A DNA stretch of 64,000 bases from NCBI RefSeq assembly GCF_035084215.1, contig NC_090325.1, positions 173,290,001 through 173,354,000 on the forward strand, read 5' to 3'. The notes beneath the pieces are model-generated. The model searched no databases. It saw only the letters and a list, made by a program, of their open reading frames with translations, and had not been told where the DNA came from. The position numbers and the translations under genes are program-made. This document shows, one piece after another, positions 25,255 to 39,100 of the stretch. The first letter of the stretch is position 1. Each line of letters begins with the position of its first letter. The DNA is from Heptranchias perlo. Its lineage: Eukaryota.

Positions 25255-27392
25255 GTTACTTCCTATATTTAAAAAGGGAGATAGACCATGTCCAGGGAAC
25301 TATAGACTAATTAGCTTAATGTCAATGGTAGGAAAGATAATGGAATCTATACTCAAAGATGTAATAGAGAAACATCTAGAAACCAAAAATAAAATAAAAA
25401 TAGTCAACACGGATTTCAAAAGGGAAGGTCATGCTTGACCAGCCTTATTGAATTCTTTGAAGAAGTAACAGAAAGGGTAGACAAGGGCAATGCAGTAGAT
25501 GTAATATATGTGGATTTTCAAAAGGCCTTCCATAAGATACCACATAGTGGACTTATGACTAAGGTCAGAGCATGTGGAGTAAAGGGACAAGTAGCAGAAT
25601 GGATAGCAAGCTGGCTACAAAACAGAAAAGAGAGTAGGGGTTAAAGATGGTTACTCAAACTGGCAAAAGGTTATCCACAGGGATCAGTGCTGGGACCACT
25701 GTTCACCATATACATAAACGATTTAGACTCGGGAATCGGAAGTACAATTTCAAAATTTGTGGACAACACCAAATTGGGGGTTTACTTACTAGTGAGGAGG
25801 ACAGTGAAAAAATATAGGAAGACATTAATAAACTTGCAAAATGGGCTTGTCATTGGCAAATGAATTTCAATACAGATAAGTGTGAGGTGGTACATTTTGG
25901 TAGGAATAATAAGGTGGTCACATACTCCTTGGAAAATAAGAGTCTAAATGAGGTAGAGGAGCAGAGGGATTTAGGAGTACAGATACACAAATTATTAAAG
26001 CAGTGACACAGGTTAATAAGGCCATAAAGGGTTCATTTCTAGAGGAATAGAATTGCAAAGCAGAGAAGTTATGCTAAACTTGTACAGAACCTTGGTTAGA
26101 CCACACTTGGAGTACTGCGAACAGTTCTGGTCTCCACACTTTTAAAAAGTATATAGAGGCACTGGAGAAGGTGCAAAAAAGATTTACAAGGATAATACCA
26201 GAAATGAGAGGTTATACATATCAGGAAAGATGAAATAGGCTGGGGCTCTTTTCTTTAGAAAAAGGAAGACTGAGGGGTGACCTCATAGAGGTCTTTAAGA
26301 TAATGAAAGTGTTTGATAGATTAGATGTAGAGAAGATGTTTTCACTTGTCGGGGAGCCCAGAACTAGGGGCCATAAATATAAGATAGTCACTAACCAATC
26401 CAATAGGGAATTCAAGAGAAACTTCTTCACCCAGAGAGTGGTAAGAATGTGGAACTCGCTACCACAAGGAGTAGTTGAGGCAACTTGCATTGATGCATTT
26501 AAGGGAAGCTAGATAGACACATGAGGGAGAAGGGAATAGGAGACGCAAAAAACATACCAGAAATAGTGGGGAACCAATGGTCTAATGAGAGTGAGGAACT
26601 TAAAGTAATTAATATCAGTAGAGAAAAAATACTTGAGAAACTAATGGGACTAAAAGCTGATAAATCCCATGGACCTAATGGTCTACATTCAAGGGTTCTA
26701 AAAGAGGTGGCTGCAGAGATATGAGGTGATGCATTGGTTATGATCTTCCAAAATTCCCTAGATTTTAGAATGGTCCCAGCGGATTGGAATGTAGCAAATG
26801 TGACCCTGCTATTCAAGAAAGGAGGGAGAGAGAAAACAGGGAACTACAAGCCAGTTAGTTTGAAATTGGTCATCGGGAAAATGCTGGAATCCATTATTAA
26901 GGAAGTAGTACAGGGCACTTAGAAAATCATAACGTGATTAGGCAGAGTCAACATGGTTTTATGAAAGGAAAATCGAGTTTGACAAACCTATTAGAGTCTT
27001 TTGAGGATGTAACTAGCAGAGTAGATAAAGGGGAACCAGTGGATGTCATATATTTGGATTTTCAAAAGGCATTCGATAAGGTGCCACATAAAAGGTTGTT
27101 ACACAAGATAAGGGCTCATGGAGTTGGGGGTAACATATTAGCATGGATAGAGGATTGGTTAACGGACAGAAAAGAGAGTAGGGATAAATGGGTCATTTTC
27201 AGGCTGACAGGCTGTAACTAGTGGGGTGCCGCAAGGATCGGTGCTTGGGCCTCAGCTATTTACAATCTACATTAATGACATAGATGAAGGGACCGAGTGT
27301 AATGTATCCAAGTTTGCTGATGATACAAAGCTAGGTGGGAAAGTAAGCTGTGAGGAGGACACAAAAAGTCTGCAAAGGGATATAGACAGGTT
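25255..27392 (+). mobile_element. Two tandem CR1 LINE fragments (junction near 26540)
   Basis: RT motifs GNYRLISL, DFQKAF and FADDTKLGG occur twice. Confidence 0.9.
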
Positions 27393-27813
27393 ACCATAAC
27401 CAAATTCTTCTGCATTTCTTTATATAAAATATTTAATAAGTCCACAGTAACTGTTGATGGCACTGTCCATTAGTTACTGCACGCAAAATAAGATGCTTGT
27501 AAAATACATGACTATAGATTGGGTAAATATGCTTAGCCAGTTAAAATAAAGGGGGTCTTTCCTGACCACATTTTAAACTGGAAACCAAAGCCCAGCTGTC
27601 TGGAAGACATTGCCAAGTCAATTAATATTTAAACTTTGGCTTGGGTGCCTATTACGTTGTACATGGCTGAAGTATTAACTGATCCCAGGTGACATGCAAA
27701 CGCCTCATCAATCATTTTATGCAATAGCCTGATGCATTGTGTCCATGATCTTTGATGATTGGTAGCTCTGGCTCCACAGAGCCTTTAGTCATTTACTGGA
27801 GACTTTTCACATT

Positions 27814-28242
27814 GGCCCAGATTTTGCTGGAGATTGGCATCGTTAGTTTAGATTTTTTCCCCCTCACTCTTCAGCTTGAAATTTTTTTGCCCTGCAAGAA
27901 GCTGGATAACAGGCAGGGCAGGGCAAGAGGGCATTTGGGACCTAGGTGAATGACAGGACCAACAATCTATCTCCTTAACCAATGAGATTTAAGGATTGAA
28001 AAAGAAAGAGGACTAGTGGAGAGGGAAATAGGATGAATTAGTCAAATGGGATAAGGAGAGAGAAATAACGTGGCTACCGTTTTCGTGAGGCTAATGGTGG
28101 AACGGTGCAAATCATCCAGCAACTTGCGGGGTAAGTCACAATTACCCCGCAATTCACGGGGTATCACTTCCTCGCCACAAGTTGCTGGACGATTTACACA
28201 TTAATAACGGCGAGCACTGTTAAACTCATCAACTTCTGGACT
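27814..28242. mobile_element. Diverged Harbinger-type MITE
   Basis: ggcccagattttgctg terminus; shares ccttaaccaat and taataacggcgagc with the 7250 family. Confidence 0.5.
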
Positions 28243-28734
28243 TCATGGGTTCACATAGGAATCATGTCACATCCTGGAAAGTCTATGAAAGACAGTTTCT
28301 TCTAAAAATCTTGTTGCATGATAAATTGTGAGAGAAAGACATTCTAGAGAAAGCTATTTTATTTCTGACTGATGAATTCTATAGCACTAAGTATTGTACT
28401 TTCAGTTGCTTGCTTTACCACTTCGGTGTATTATTTTACTCATAAATAAATGTTATTTGTTTAAGCTTGGACTGTTAACATCTTTTAGAGAAGGCATGAT
28501 AATGTAATGGGCATCCTGTGTGATTGACAGGGTATTATACATTTAAGAGATAATGGTTGGTCCTGTGGTACATTATCATGCTCTCAGCATGCGTAAGGCA
28601 CAGGTTTCAGTTCACATGGAAACTCTTCTTCTACCATAAGTAAATGTTAACAAGCTGGAAGAAAGCCTGAATGATAACAAAAGGAAATAATAGGAGAAAG
28701 CTATTTCAGTCCTAAAAATGCCTAAAGATACAAT

Positions 28735-29990
28735 GACCTAGAAATTTGATCGCGCTGCACCTGGTTTACAGTGGCAAAAATGGACATTTAAGGGTCCAAT
28801 ATGGCGGGCAGCGGGCACGGCTCATTCTGTGCCAGAAGTGCACCGCCCACCCTCTTGGAATGAGCTGCTCAGTACGCATCCAAGGCACACAGCAGTAGGA
28901 TTTAAAAGCCTTATTAATATTTAAATAAGGGCCCTCCACTTTTGCAGGACCCTTTTGTGAAATTGATTTGCCCCAGCCTTGACTCGTCAGGTGATAAACC
29001 CACTCAGCTAAGAGGCAGTAAGGACCCTGCAGCAGCACTATTAAAAGGGCTCATCCAGTCCATAGAGGTTAGTTGCTTGTTTGTCCTCTGCGGTTGCTGG
29101 TTAACTTCTGAGCCTTCTTTTGGCTATTTTCTTCATTCCACAAGTTAATTCTGACTTCTGGGACCAATCTTGTGCTGGACTAGTTTCATCTGCTTTGCAA
29201 ACAGTTTAATTGTAGCCATAGTTGGTCTGGTAGGTCTGCCTTTGGGCGTGAAGGGTGGAGGGAGTAGCGAGGAGGAGGAGACCATACACATAGCGAGCCA
29301 TCAAGGAGCACTTTTCATACGTCAACTTCACCAAGCAGCAACGTGTGAGATATCTGCACTTCACCAAAGGAGGCTGTCGCTAAACTTTTGGTAGCTGCTG
29401 CAGCCACAACTAGAGCACCAAACCAGAGCATGGACAGCACTGGCAGTAGCTGCCAAGGTCACTGTGGCCCTTAACCTCTATGCCACAGGCTCATTCAAGG
29501 CTGCAGCAAGTGATATCAGTGACAGATCGCAGTTTGCTATTCACCGAGTGTGTAGGCGGGCATGGCTTCTTCCGGTTGCTGGCTCCTGCCCCATGTTGTG
29601 TGTAACCTTCTCCTACAAAAAAAGGAGCGTGCTAGTGACAACCATGTGAGCTGCTTTGAGAATGTGATTGGCATTGTTGAATAGTGCAGATGTGTGGGGA
29701 AATAAGGGTTGCAATAGTGGCAAGAGTAGGAAATTTTGTGTATGAGCAGAAGGAGGTGGAGTGAACTGTGGTGTAATGGTTGTAGGAGAATGCAGGGGAG
29801 GGGAGTGTTGTGAGTAGTGAGGGCACAGGTGTGAATAATTGATGTGAAAGGCAAGATTCTTACTTTGACAACTCTGGTAAGGTCATTGAGCTTTTTCCCC
29901 AGCATTGAAACCATGTCCACAGAGCTAAGCTTCTGGCATTGATTTTCTCAGCAACCAGCCATTAAAACTGACTCAGTCCTGAAAGGTTGA
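28735..29990. mobile_element. Degenerate PIF/Harbinger transposon (transposase remnant on +, Myb remnant on -); right end approximate
   Basis: 29395-29548 LLQPQL...KVTVALNLYATGSFKAAASDISDRSQFAIHR is HARBI1-like; KKLNDLTRVVK on -. Confidence 0.7.
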
Positions 29991-30246
29991 AAAACCATCA
30001 ATCTCAAATGGTCATGAGAGCAGAGAAAGGCACCATTCTATTAAAAATCTCAAAGAAAGTTCCACTTCATCACATTACTCCTTTGCCTTTACAGAGAGGA
30101 CCTAGAGTTTAAATAACTTTCAAGTAACATTTAGAAAATGCTCATTATGAATTCCATTTGACAGATGGATGTACTTGGTGATCAAGTGATTTGAACACAA
30201 AGCTAGTCACTTTATTGATGTCTTGGAATTGCAATTAAGACGTAGT

Positions 30247-30830
30247 GGCCCATAAATTGCTCTGAGCAGTGAACCAACGGTGCTTGCTGCTCATGAGATT
30301 TAAATTCACCCACTAAGTTACCACGTTCTTTTTGGCAGCAACTTCCTTGAAATTAGTTAAAAAAACAGCAGCGTTTTCCCGGGCTGTGAGCGGGGAAAGG
30401 CTCTCTATGTCCCCTCAACCGATCAGCTTGAGGCAAGTCACGCAACGAGAACCAGAAAGTGGAACTCAATTGACAAACTGCACAGAGTAAAAACCAGGAA
30501 CTGCCCAATAAGGTTAGTAAATGTACAATAAAATGAGAGAAAGCAAAATAAAGAGAGGGTAAGATTTAAAAACTTAGCATACTTTTTTGTGGTGCAATTA
30601 GTCAGTTTCCAGCTGGGCAGAGCAGCAAGTACACACTGGTTCATTGAATGCAGCCAGCGAGGTCCCTTTATCGTGCAGCTTTCACATCACTGGTGAATCG
30701 GGCCGAGCAAGTTCCGAATTTCCGCGTTTGACTGCGCATGTACGGTCGCAGGAACTTGCTCTTCGATTTGCCCATTAATAACAGTAAACTCTGTTAGGCT
30801 CACCATTATTTTACGAGCAATTTGCAGCCC
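30247..30830 (+). mobile_element. Harbinger-type MITE, related subfamily
   Basis: TIR ggcccataaattgctc / gagcaatttgcagccc; shares the ctgcgcatg core. Confidence 0.65.
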
Positions 30831-31435
30831 ATTCTGTCAGAGGCATACTGAGATTTTTTTTTTGAGAATGAGTGATGTAGCAATGACACACTATGCACCT
30901 GCGATAGAACCAATGGCAGTCACATGTTGCAGCACATCTAACAAGCAAGCTAATGTGGGCACTTTTCCTAGAAAATTCACTAGAAGAGGCAACTTGATCT
31001 GGCCATCTGAACTGCATTAGACCAGCAGCTCAGAGGCCATCCTCCAACACACTGGGCAGTCCAATCAGCCTCTGACTTCCTTCAACTGCAGAAGTGGTAC
31101 AAACTCTAGCAATTAATTTTAAATAATGCAAGGTTTTACAGAAATCTGCAAACATGCCTTATTTCCATAATATCAGCAAGCTGCAGACATCAATCAGACA
31201 AAATTATAAAAATGAGACCAGAGTCTTCAGATGCTGCTCACTTTGAGCCATTAACCGGTACAAAAAACAATTTCTCCCCCATGGTATATAGCGCCTTTAA
31301 AGTGGTAACATTAGTTTGTGTAGACGCAGGAGAGAGTTAGTGATTAATTAAAAACTCAAAATTCAAAGTAAAAAAAAAAAATCCCAACCCAATGAAAATA
31401 AATACAAGGTACACTTGGTTGTTGCATTTATACTA

Positions 31436-31441
31436 TTTATT
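31436..31441 (-). terminator. Candidate ELMOD2 polyadenylation signal
   Basis: AATAAA on - strand at the end of a repeat-free AT-rich stretch of about 1.5 kb, with a U-rich downstream element. Confidence 0.45.
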
Positions 31442-32984
31442 TCAGCAAAAGTTCATAAAATAAAGCTTCTCCCCCGCCACCCATTATATGGAAAGCCATC
31501 CAGTAGAAATCTATATAAACTTCAAATATCATCTTTTTCTGGAAAGAAGCATTTCATCCAATAAACTTATCAACGTTCAGGTACAAATGTTTTATCTGGA
31601 ATAATCACACCAGTAATAAATATAAAACATCCCACTGGTGATCATACACTAATAAGGGATCCTCAATAAAAAGCAGGAATGGTGCATGGAAAAACACACC
31701 TACTGCTGCCTTCCTGAGTGAAAAATGAGGCTCCAAATCACAAGATGGTGTACATTTTTCCTTGAGCTTCTTCGAATACTGTACTGACAATATAACACTA
31801 ATTTTGGAATTTTGATATTCAGTCTTTAAAAAATAATTTTTAATGTTATTTTTTGGTAGACTTAATTTTTCATTGTGGATGATGGGAGGCATTCCAATGT
31901 AGTACCAGCTGGTTTACACTTCACACAATGTGACAAAAGCATTCAAAAATGAAAGGTGAGGACCTCAGCACAATTGTACTGTCAAGCAAGATTGTCAACA
32001 ATTTGAATTCAGTCAAACTCTAATTGACAGACTATGTTCTTATGGAAAGATTAGTTTATAATGTAATCAATATAAATTTATCTGCAATCAATAATCTATT
32101 TATAATACACTGAGGATTTTTAAAAAACAAATAGGTCCAAGAGTCAGACTATTAAATAAATAAATTGCTATTTTATTACTTTTTTGGCATTTACTATAGA
32201 CAGATTATTGCTGGAAAATTTAGTTTTACATCACACACAGACATTAACCCTTCAAAGACATTAGATACATGGAACATCCTGGTGAGGTTTACCATGCCAT
32301 CAAGAACAGTTTTCCCTCCAACTCCATGTTGTATTTTATAATGAATAACTGACTCATGGAAATAGTTTCCACGACAGTAATCTCAACTCAAAGTTCAGAT
32401 AGTGGGTTAATCGAAAACACTCATGCTTTGCTCTCAGTTGGTAAGATTACAGCCTTATAATTACTCCCAAATAGCCCTATTCACTATTTCACTACAGTAA
32501 ATTAAAGTCACTGGGTGACAATTCAAAAACAAATTCTGCTTTAGACTTTTGTTGATGGGTTTATGAAACTGTGTGCATTAGCAGCAGCAGCAACAAAAAG
32601 ACAAACTGTAATAAAACAACATTTTAAAGGAATAAATTCTGAAATTATGTCACATGCTGTGCTCCAAAAGAGAAAATCGGAAAACCTCAAATCAAATGTA
32701 AATATATTTCAATGGTTCCTTCAATAATGAAGTACCATTTCAATCACTACATTATGGATATCACTAAATAAATTATCCATATTCATGCTATTAAACACAA
32801 GGCAATCTGAACATTTTGATGGTATATTTATATTGGACCCATCCTGAATTTCAGTCACATAATGTTAATAAGGTTTCTATTTACAAGTAAGAAATCCACT
32901 GAAAGACCACAGATCCACTGCATCAGCTCAATTCTTCCAATTACTCCCAAGTGCTACTTCATAGGTTTCATGCATTTTACTGTC

Positions 32985-33136
32985 TTATTTATTGAAGTTC
33001 AGGGTAAGCACTGAGTTGGGATCTTGTAACTGTTCTTTTACCCTTTCATGAAATTGCTCTCTGTAGTGGTTGAATTCCATGATGCTGGATGGTTCCTCCT
33101 TGAACCAGAACTTATCAAACTCATACATCAGGTAAC
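32985..33136 (-). CDS. ELMOD2: ELMOD2 last coding exon
   Basis: [49 protein letters not shown]. Confidence 0.92.
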
Positions 33137-36100
33137 CTATAGCAAGATGGAAATTATTAAATCATAAAGACTGGCTATACATCAGACTGCTTCTCTTTTA
33201 CCCTGTCCATTTACTACTACTTTTTAAAAATCCGTATGTACTCATACCTATAGTAATCTGCCTAGGTGTACAATCCTCTGTTACTATGGTTAAAATATCC
33301 AGCTGTGTAATTTGCATTCAGCATTTGAAATCCAAGAGGACAGATTAAGTGAAGGAATGGTTTATTCAAACATTTCTATACTTTTTTAAAAAAATCAAAA
33401 TTTCAAGTTTTACACAAGAACGTGTCACTGGGAAAGGAGGAAGAATTCAATTTCGTGCCTGTCGCCAGATTATACTGGAAAGTGTCAGCACTTCAAACCC
33501 CTGCATGATTTGTACCAGTTTTGGAATGCATAAAAAATCAACCCATAGATACAGCATTTTGAAGTAAAATCTCTGGTGCAACGTTTAAAAGATAGAAACA
33601 AAACTACCCAGCGATTTCAGTTCTGAATGTACTAACGACTACTAAACAATGCGCAAGCAAATACTGCACATATTGGGCCGAATTGTGCTGTGAAAATAAC
33701 GGTGAGGCTAACAGCACTATTATTTATGCACAAATCGGATAGCAACTGCCGGCGAGTGCACGTGCGCAGTTAAACACGAAAAGCCAGTTGCTGTCAAAGA
33801 TGCACTGCCCCTCCACAAGCTGCGCGAGAACGGCTTCCCGCTGTCTGGCGCACCATTCAAATGTATCGAACGGCGTGACATTCCCGTACTAACATCGGAG
33901 ATACGGACTAAACTCGCCACAAAACGTTAGGGCTTGTCCATTCCCGTCTAAGTACCCTTTTAATGGCCAGGTAAGTCTTAATTACTACCAAACAACCTCT
34001 AGCACTGAAAATGAGCTTTTACAAGTGCTTAATCCAATCTTTCTTTCCCTCTCTATTTCGATTTCTGTACCTGATTTGACAGTGAATTCACTATGCTAAC
34101 TTACACTTCCTGGTTCAGACTCTGCGCTGCTCATTAACGATTCTTCAATCTGATTGGTTAAGGGGATACACAGCTGCTTGCCCTGTTCACACAGGTCCCA
34201 GATGCCCTGTGGAGGGCTCCGCACTGTTTGGATCTCTATTTTATAGTAACTTGCTGTGCAAAACCCCATAGACAGCCTATGGGCAAGTGCAAGTCTAACG
34301 AATGGCGCTTCTCTGCTCACACCAAAATCCAGCCAATGTACAAGAAGCAATAAAAAACAAGCCACTAAATAGCGATGCTCAAAACAACAGACAGCAATTT
34401 AAAGTGGAGCAAACTTTCATTTACAGCAATGCTAAAGTCAGTGATTCATCTGCAATACTCTTATGGTTGCTTCTGGTGTAATTTTCAATAATAGATGCTC
34501 ACTTCAGCTTTAGTGAAGGACTGTAAAATGGCAGATGGCCTGAAGGGTAGTACTTAGTCAATCTGCCTATCCTCAATTCCTTAGCATGGAACATATTTTA
34601 ATCTTTTATGGAGGCCAGTTATTGCAATATGATTAGAAATTCCAAACAGAGGAAAATCAATTTTTATGCACAACAAACTGTCTAAATATAGTTCAGCCAA
34701 CCTACATTTTTGACACCATAGCAACTTAGGGTATAGAGTGAGACACAGTAGTCTCGGAAAGGCATCAAACACATCTGGAAGTATAGCCACTTAAAATAAA
34801 TTTTCACAAAGAAAATAAAAAAATTTTAAAAGTGTAATCTGCAGATTTGAGCCTTTTTTCAATTTATTTATCCACCCAAATATTGTCAAAAGCAGAGTGG
34901 GTCACTTTTTAAAAAATGAATGATGGTTTAATTTAGCCGCTGGCACCACAATGGATTTCTCCCAGCAATTTCCTACGCAATAAGTTCCCAATCTCAGTTG
35001 AGGTTTTACGAAAATTATCCAGATCAAGGTCAGAGTGAGTTGACCATACTGGTAATGAAGAAAAGCCAATATCTGATGTCAGATATGGAAAACTGCCCAA
35101 TATAGGGTCAGAATGTGCAAATTACAAGGATGTCTCTTTGGGAACCAAAAATATTCAGTTATTCATCTGCCACTAAGATGTGTAGATATCAAAAACATGG
35201 CCCATTTTTACAAACACACTGTCAATCAAAAGACAGGGATATGCTGCAATAGTCAGATACATTACTACTGCTAGAAATTAACTATTTTCATATAGCTGTA
35301 TTAAATTAACACAGGGCATATTTTAATTTCAAAGAGTTTACACAAATTGGAGATTAGATATTGGTATCTGAAGAGTGTCAAATTTACATTGCAGCAAACA
35401 AAACACGTTTTCACTAGTGCAGAATGTAAGTATTAAACCGTGGAAGGAAACATTTTAAAACACTTACAGTAAAACTGATGGAAATGATGTAACTGTGGAA
35501 CTCCAGAAACCAGGTTGTAGAAATGAGCCTTTAATAAGCCACTTTTCAGCAGACTGTAAGCCATTTCAGTGAGATTTATTCCAACTATAGCATAGGAATA
35601 TCTGGAATTGGGAACATCATAAAATAGCTTTAGCTGTCAAACTATATTCTGAAGCTCACAAAAGGAAAATATTTTTAATTTATGAAACAAACTTAGTATA
35701 TTGCAGGTGCAATATGCAACTATAATAGAAATTACTTGGTGTACAAAGTTAGAATTGAATACTTCTACCCATTAAGAGATTTTTAATCTTTTACCCACTA
35801 AGATTTTTAATCTTAAATTTTATTAACATATTTCCTATGCTTTGGAGACTTATTTCAGTTCTCTGTTCATCCTGAATCGCTCTGGTTACATACATTACTG
35901 GGGCACCTGGCATGAGCCCTTTCTATTCATTTCTATGAGAAGGTGCTTCAGACAAGCTGTATGGTCAATATGAAAGTGGCCACCGATGGTAAAACCAGGC
36001 ATAGCCATTTTTAAAAAAACTCTTAAAATGGTAAAACACTGCAAGCTGCATTTCACACATACAATACGGCATTTGAAAAACAAAAGTTAATTCAAAGAGG

Positions 36101-39100
36101 CTGATAAAATAATTTAAGATTCATTTTTCCAAGGTCTAGTAAAAGCAGTTGAATTATTCTGTTTTTTTTGTCTATGTAATTAAACAATTAATAACAATAA
36201 ATGGAAGGGCCATTGCCAGACACCTTGATTTTGACTTAATCACACCCAGTTTCCAAATTCAGTGATATTTTTACAGCAAGAATCCACACCCAAAATACGA
36301 CCATCAAATGATTAGTTTGGAAGTTATAATTTTGAGATTTCATTCTTTTCCTTATATAGAAGGAAATTAGCACTCATCCTGGATTTAATTTAAGAGATAC
36401 TGAAACGAAGGATTTCATAAAATCATACCTACTTTTAAAATGAAGTGAGATTTTTCTAGTACAACAATCAAACTCTTAAAAGCTCAGTTAAAGCTATTGT
36501 AAGAAATCAGTGCTACTAGTAGTCATTTTAGATTATATTTAGATTGAATTTCCTCACGATTTTGAAAGTGAGGTTTTAAACAGGCCTCAAAAGCAGCCAT
36601 CATGCCCAAGTTAAGTGTCCAAATATTTTTGGTAACCTTTTCCTTGTAAAATGAATGAGATGGAGTAACATAACATGCTTTCACTTACCCCATTTTGGGG
36701 TGATTTGAATGTGAAAGAGTCTGGCGAGCTGTATCTGTATACTGTTCCCCAAAGAACCTAAAAGGGTTTTAATGATAGTAAGTTAAGTGAAATCTCACAC
36801 TATTCAGTGTCAAAATCTGACAGTTTAGCTTTTCTTCATTTTTTGAAACAAAGTGCCTTGTACATCACAAGAGTTAGCACAGACTTATCAACAGGGAAAA
36901 ATCTGTAACTCATTTTTGACATCAGAACATCACACATGAAACCTTGCTTTCCCAGGTGTATAATAGGCAATCAATGTACAAGGACTTTTTAAAAAAATAT
37001 ACAGGAGGCTAAATAATTGTAACAATAAGAGTGATACCATTTGTATCTCAACCAAAACATCTACTTTGCTATCAAAGGAGGTTTCCCCCCTCCCCTCCCA
37101 AAAAACAGCCAATCAAGTCTTTTGCCACTAAATAAAATTGATTAAAAAAGGTTAATAAATGTACTCTTAATTAACATCAATTCACTGCAAAAACCTTACA
37201 TGGTATGATATTTTATAAGAGATGCATGGGAGGAGCGCTTGGGAGGGCTTTGCAGTCAGGAATGTGGGGGGTGGGGAAGGAGATAAGCCCAGGGCAGAGG
37301 TGGCCCAAGATCTCCTTGCAAGACCCAGAGGAGCACACTACTTCTGGCCCTGAAGCCTTTTGATGCCAGCTTTCCTGGGCATGATCAGCACTATGGAGTG
37401 TAAACACTCCTGGGTTTAAAGTAGAATCAGGGACTGAATGATATTATCAGACCTGGCTGTTGAATATTTATGAGGCCTTCACCTGCTTGTGGGGAGGGCC
37501 TCACACAAGTTAAAATAGTGGCCGGTGGGAGTGTACCACCAAGGGGGGAGGTCGGTATTCTGCCCGTATTTTAACCCCCCCCAGTACACCCTTTCTTGTC
37601 AGATGCAGAAAAGTTAAAAGTGGGGCTATAATGACTGTTTAATTATTAAAGGAAAACTGGAGGACTTTAAACAGAATAGATTCTAAGGCACAACGCACAT
37701 AATCGTCAGATCAGATTATTGCTGAAGTGCACAGACTGGTATCAAAGTCCTTCTGTTCACTAGGTGGAAAGATTTATTTAGCAGGCCAATTTTTTAAAAA
37801 TAACTTAAGTCTAAACCAGTTAAAAGTTAGAACATAAATTACTGGCCAGCATATTTAAGATGTATGGGGCTGCTTGGCACGTGCGTTTAAAATGTTTGGG
37901 GCTACTTATACACTATACAAAGATATGAGGACTTACACTAGATTGTACAACCCCAGCATTCCCATGCCTCTGAAGTCAGTTTTAGGGTCATCACCTTGAA
38001 AACCAATGTCACCCCACTGCTTGGTGATTCTTGACTCCAGGTGTACATGAGGCATCAGCAAATTCCACAGCTAAAAGTCATGAAAGAAATAAGTAAAGTA
38101 AATAGTAAATTTGATAATCCACTGAACTAGGAAACTGCAACAAAGCAAATCCTCAGTGCAAACTGCAATTATTAAAAGGAAAATGGAGGAGTTTAAACAG
38201 AATAGCTTCTGTTTCAAGGCGGATCTGTTGTCACCCATAACCAAACAGTTCCAGAAAGTCGCACTTGTTTGATCCTGAGCTGCTCAATCACACCAGGCCA
38301 CAACCAAGCTTCATTCAGTTCCTGAACCTTTGGATAAATTTTAATAAAATTACCACTTTCCATCCAAGAGGAAAGTAAGATCCTTTTTGTTCTCAGAGGT
38401 GCATGAATTCTAAAATTTGATTTTGATGGTAGAAGCATTGATTGTTGGTTAAATATCCTGGAGTATCTATGACAAACGTATGGGGTAGCAGCAAAGAAGC
38501 AAGTCATTTGGACCTCCACTGCCTCAATGTTGTCAATTGCTTGTTCAACATCCAGTCTGGGATGAGCTGCAATTTCCTCCAGCTAAACACTGGTAAGAAT
38601 GAAGTCACCATCTTTCACCCCCACTACATATGCTGTATAATCGCCAATTCCATCCCCCTCCTCAGCCACTGTCTCTGGCTGAACCAGACTGTTTTCAACC
38701 TCAGCGCCCTATTCAATCATGAGCTGAATTTCCAAACTAGTATCCTGTCCATCACAAAGATTGGCTACTTCCACCTCCATAATATTGCCTGTCTCCGCCC
38801 CTGCCTCAGCTCATCTGCTGCTGAAAGCTGTATACATGCCTTTGTCACCTCCAGACTGGACTATTCCAATGCTCTCCTGGCTAGCCTCCCATCTTCTACT
38901 CAGTAAATTTCAGCTCATCCAAAACTCTGCTGCCTGTATCCTATCTTGCACCAAGTCATGCTCATCCATCACCTCGGTTCTCACTAACCTACATTAGCTC
39001 CAATTGTGGGAGTCAATGTCTGTAAAAGGCCGGCTCACAGACCAATTAAGGGAACAAATGACACCAATGAAACTGAGAAGGTACCTACAGCAGATTCAAA

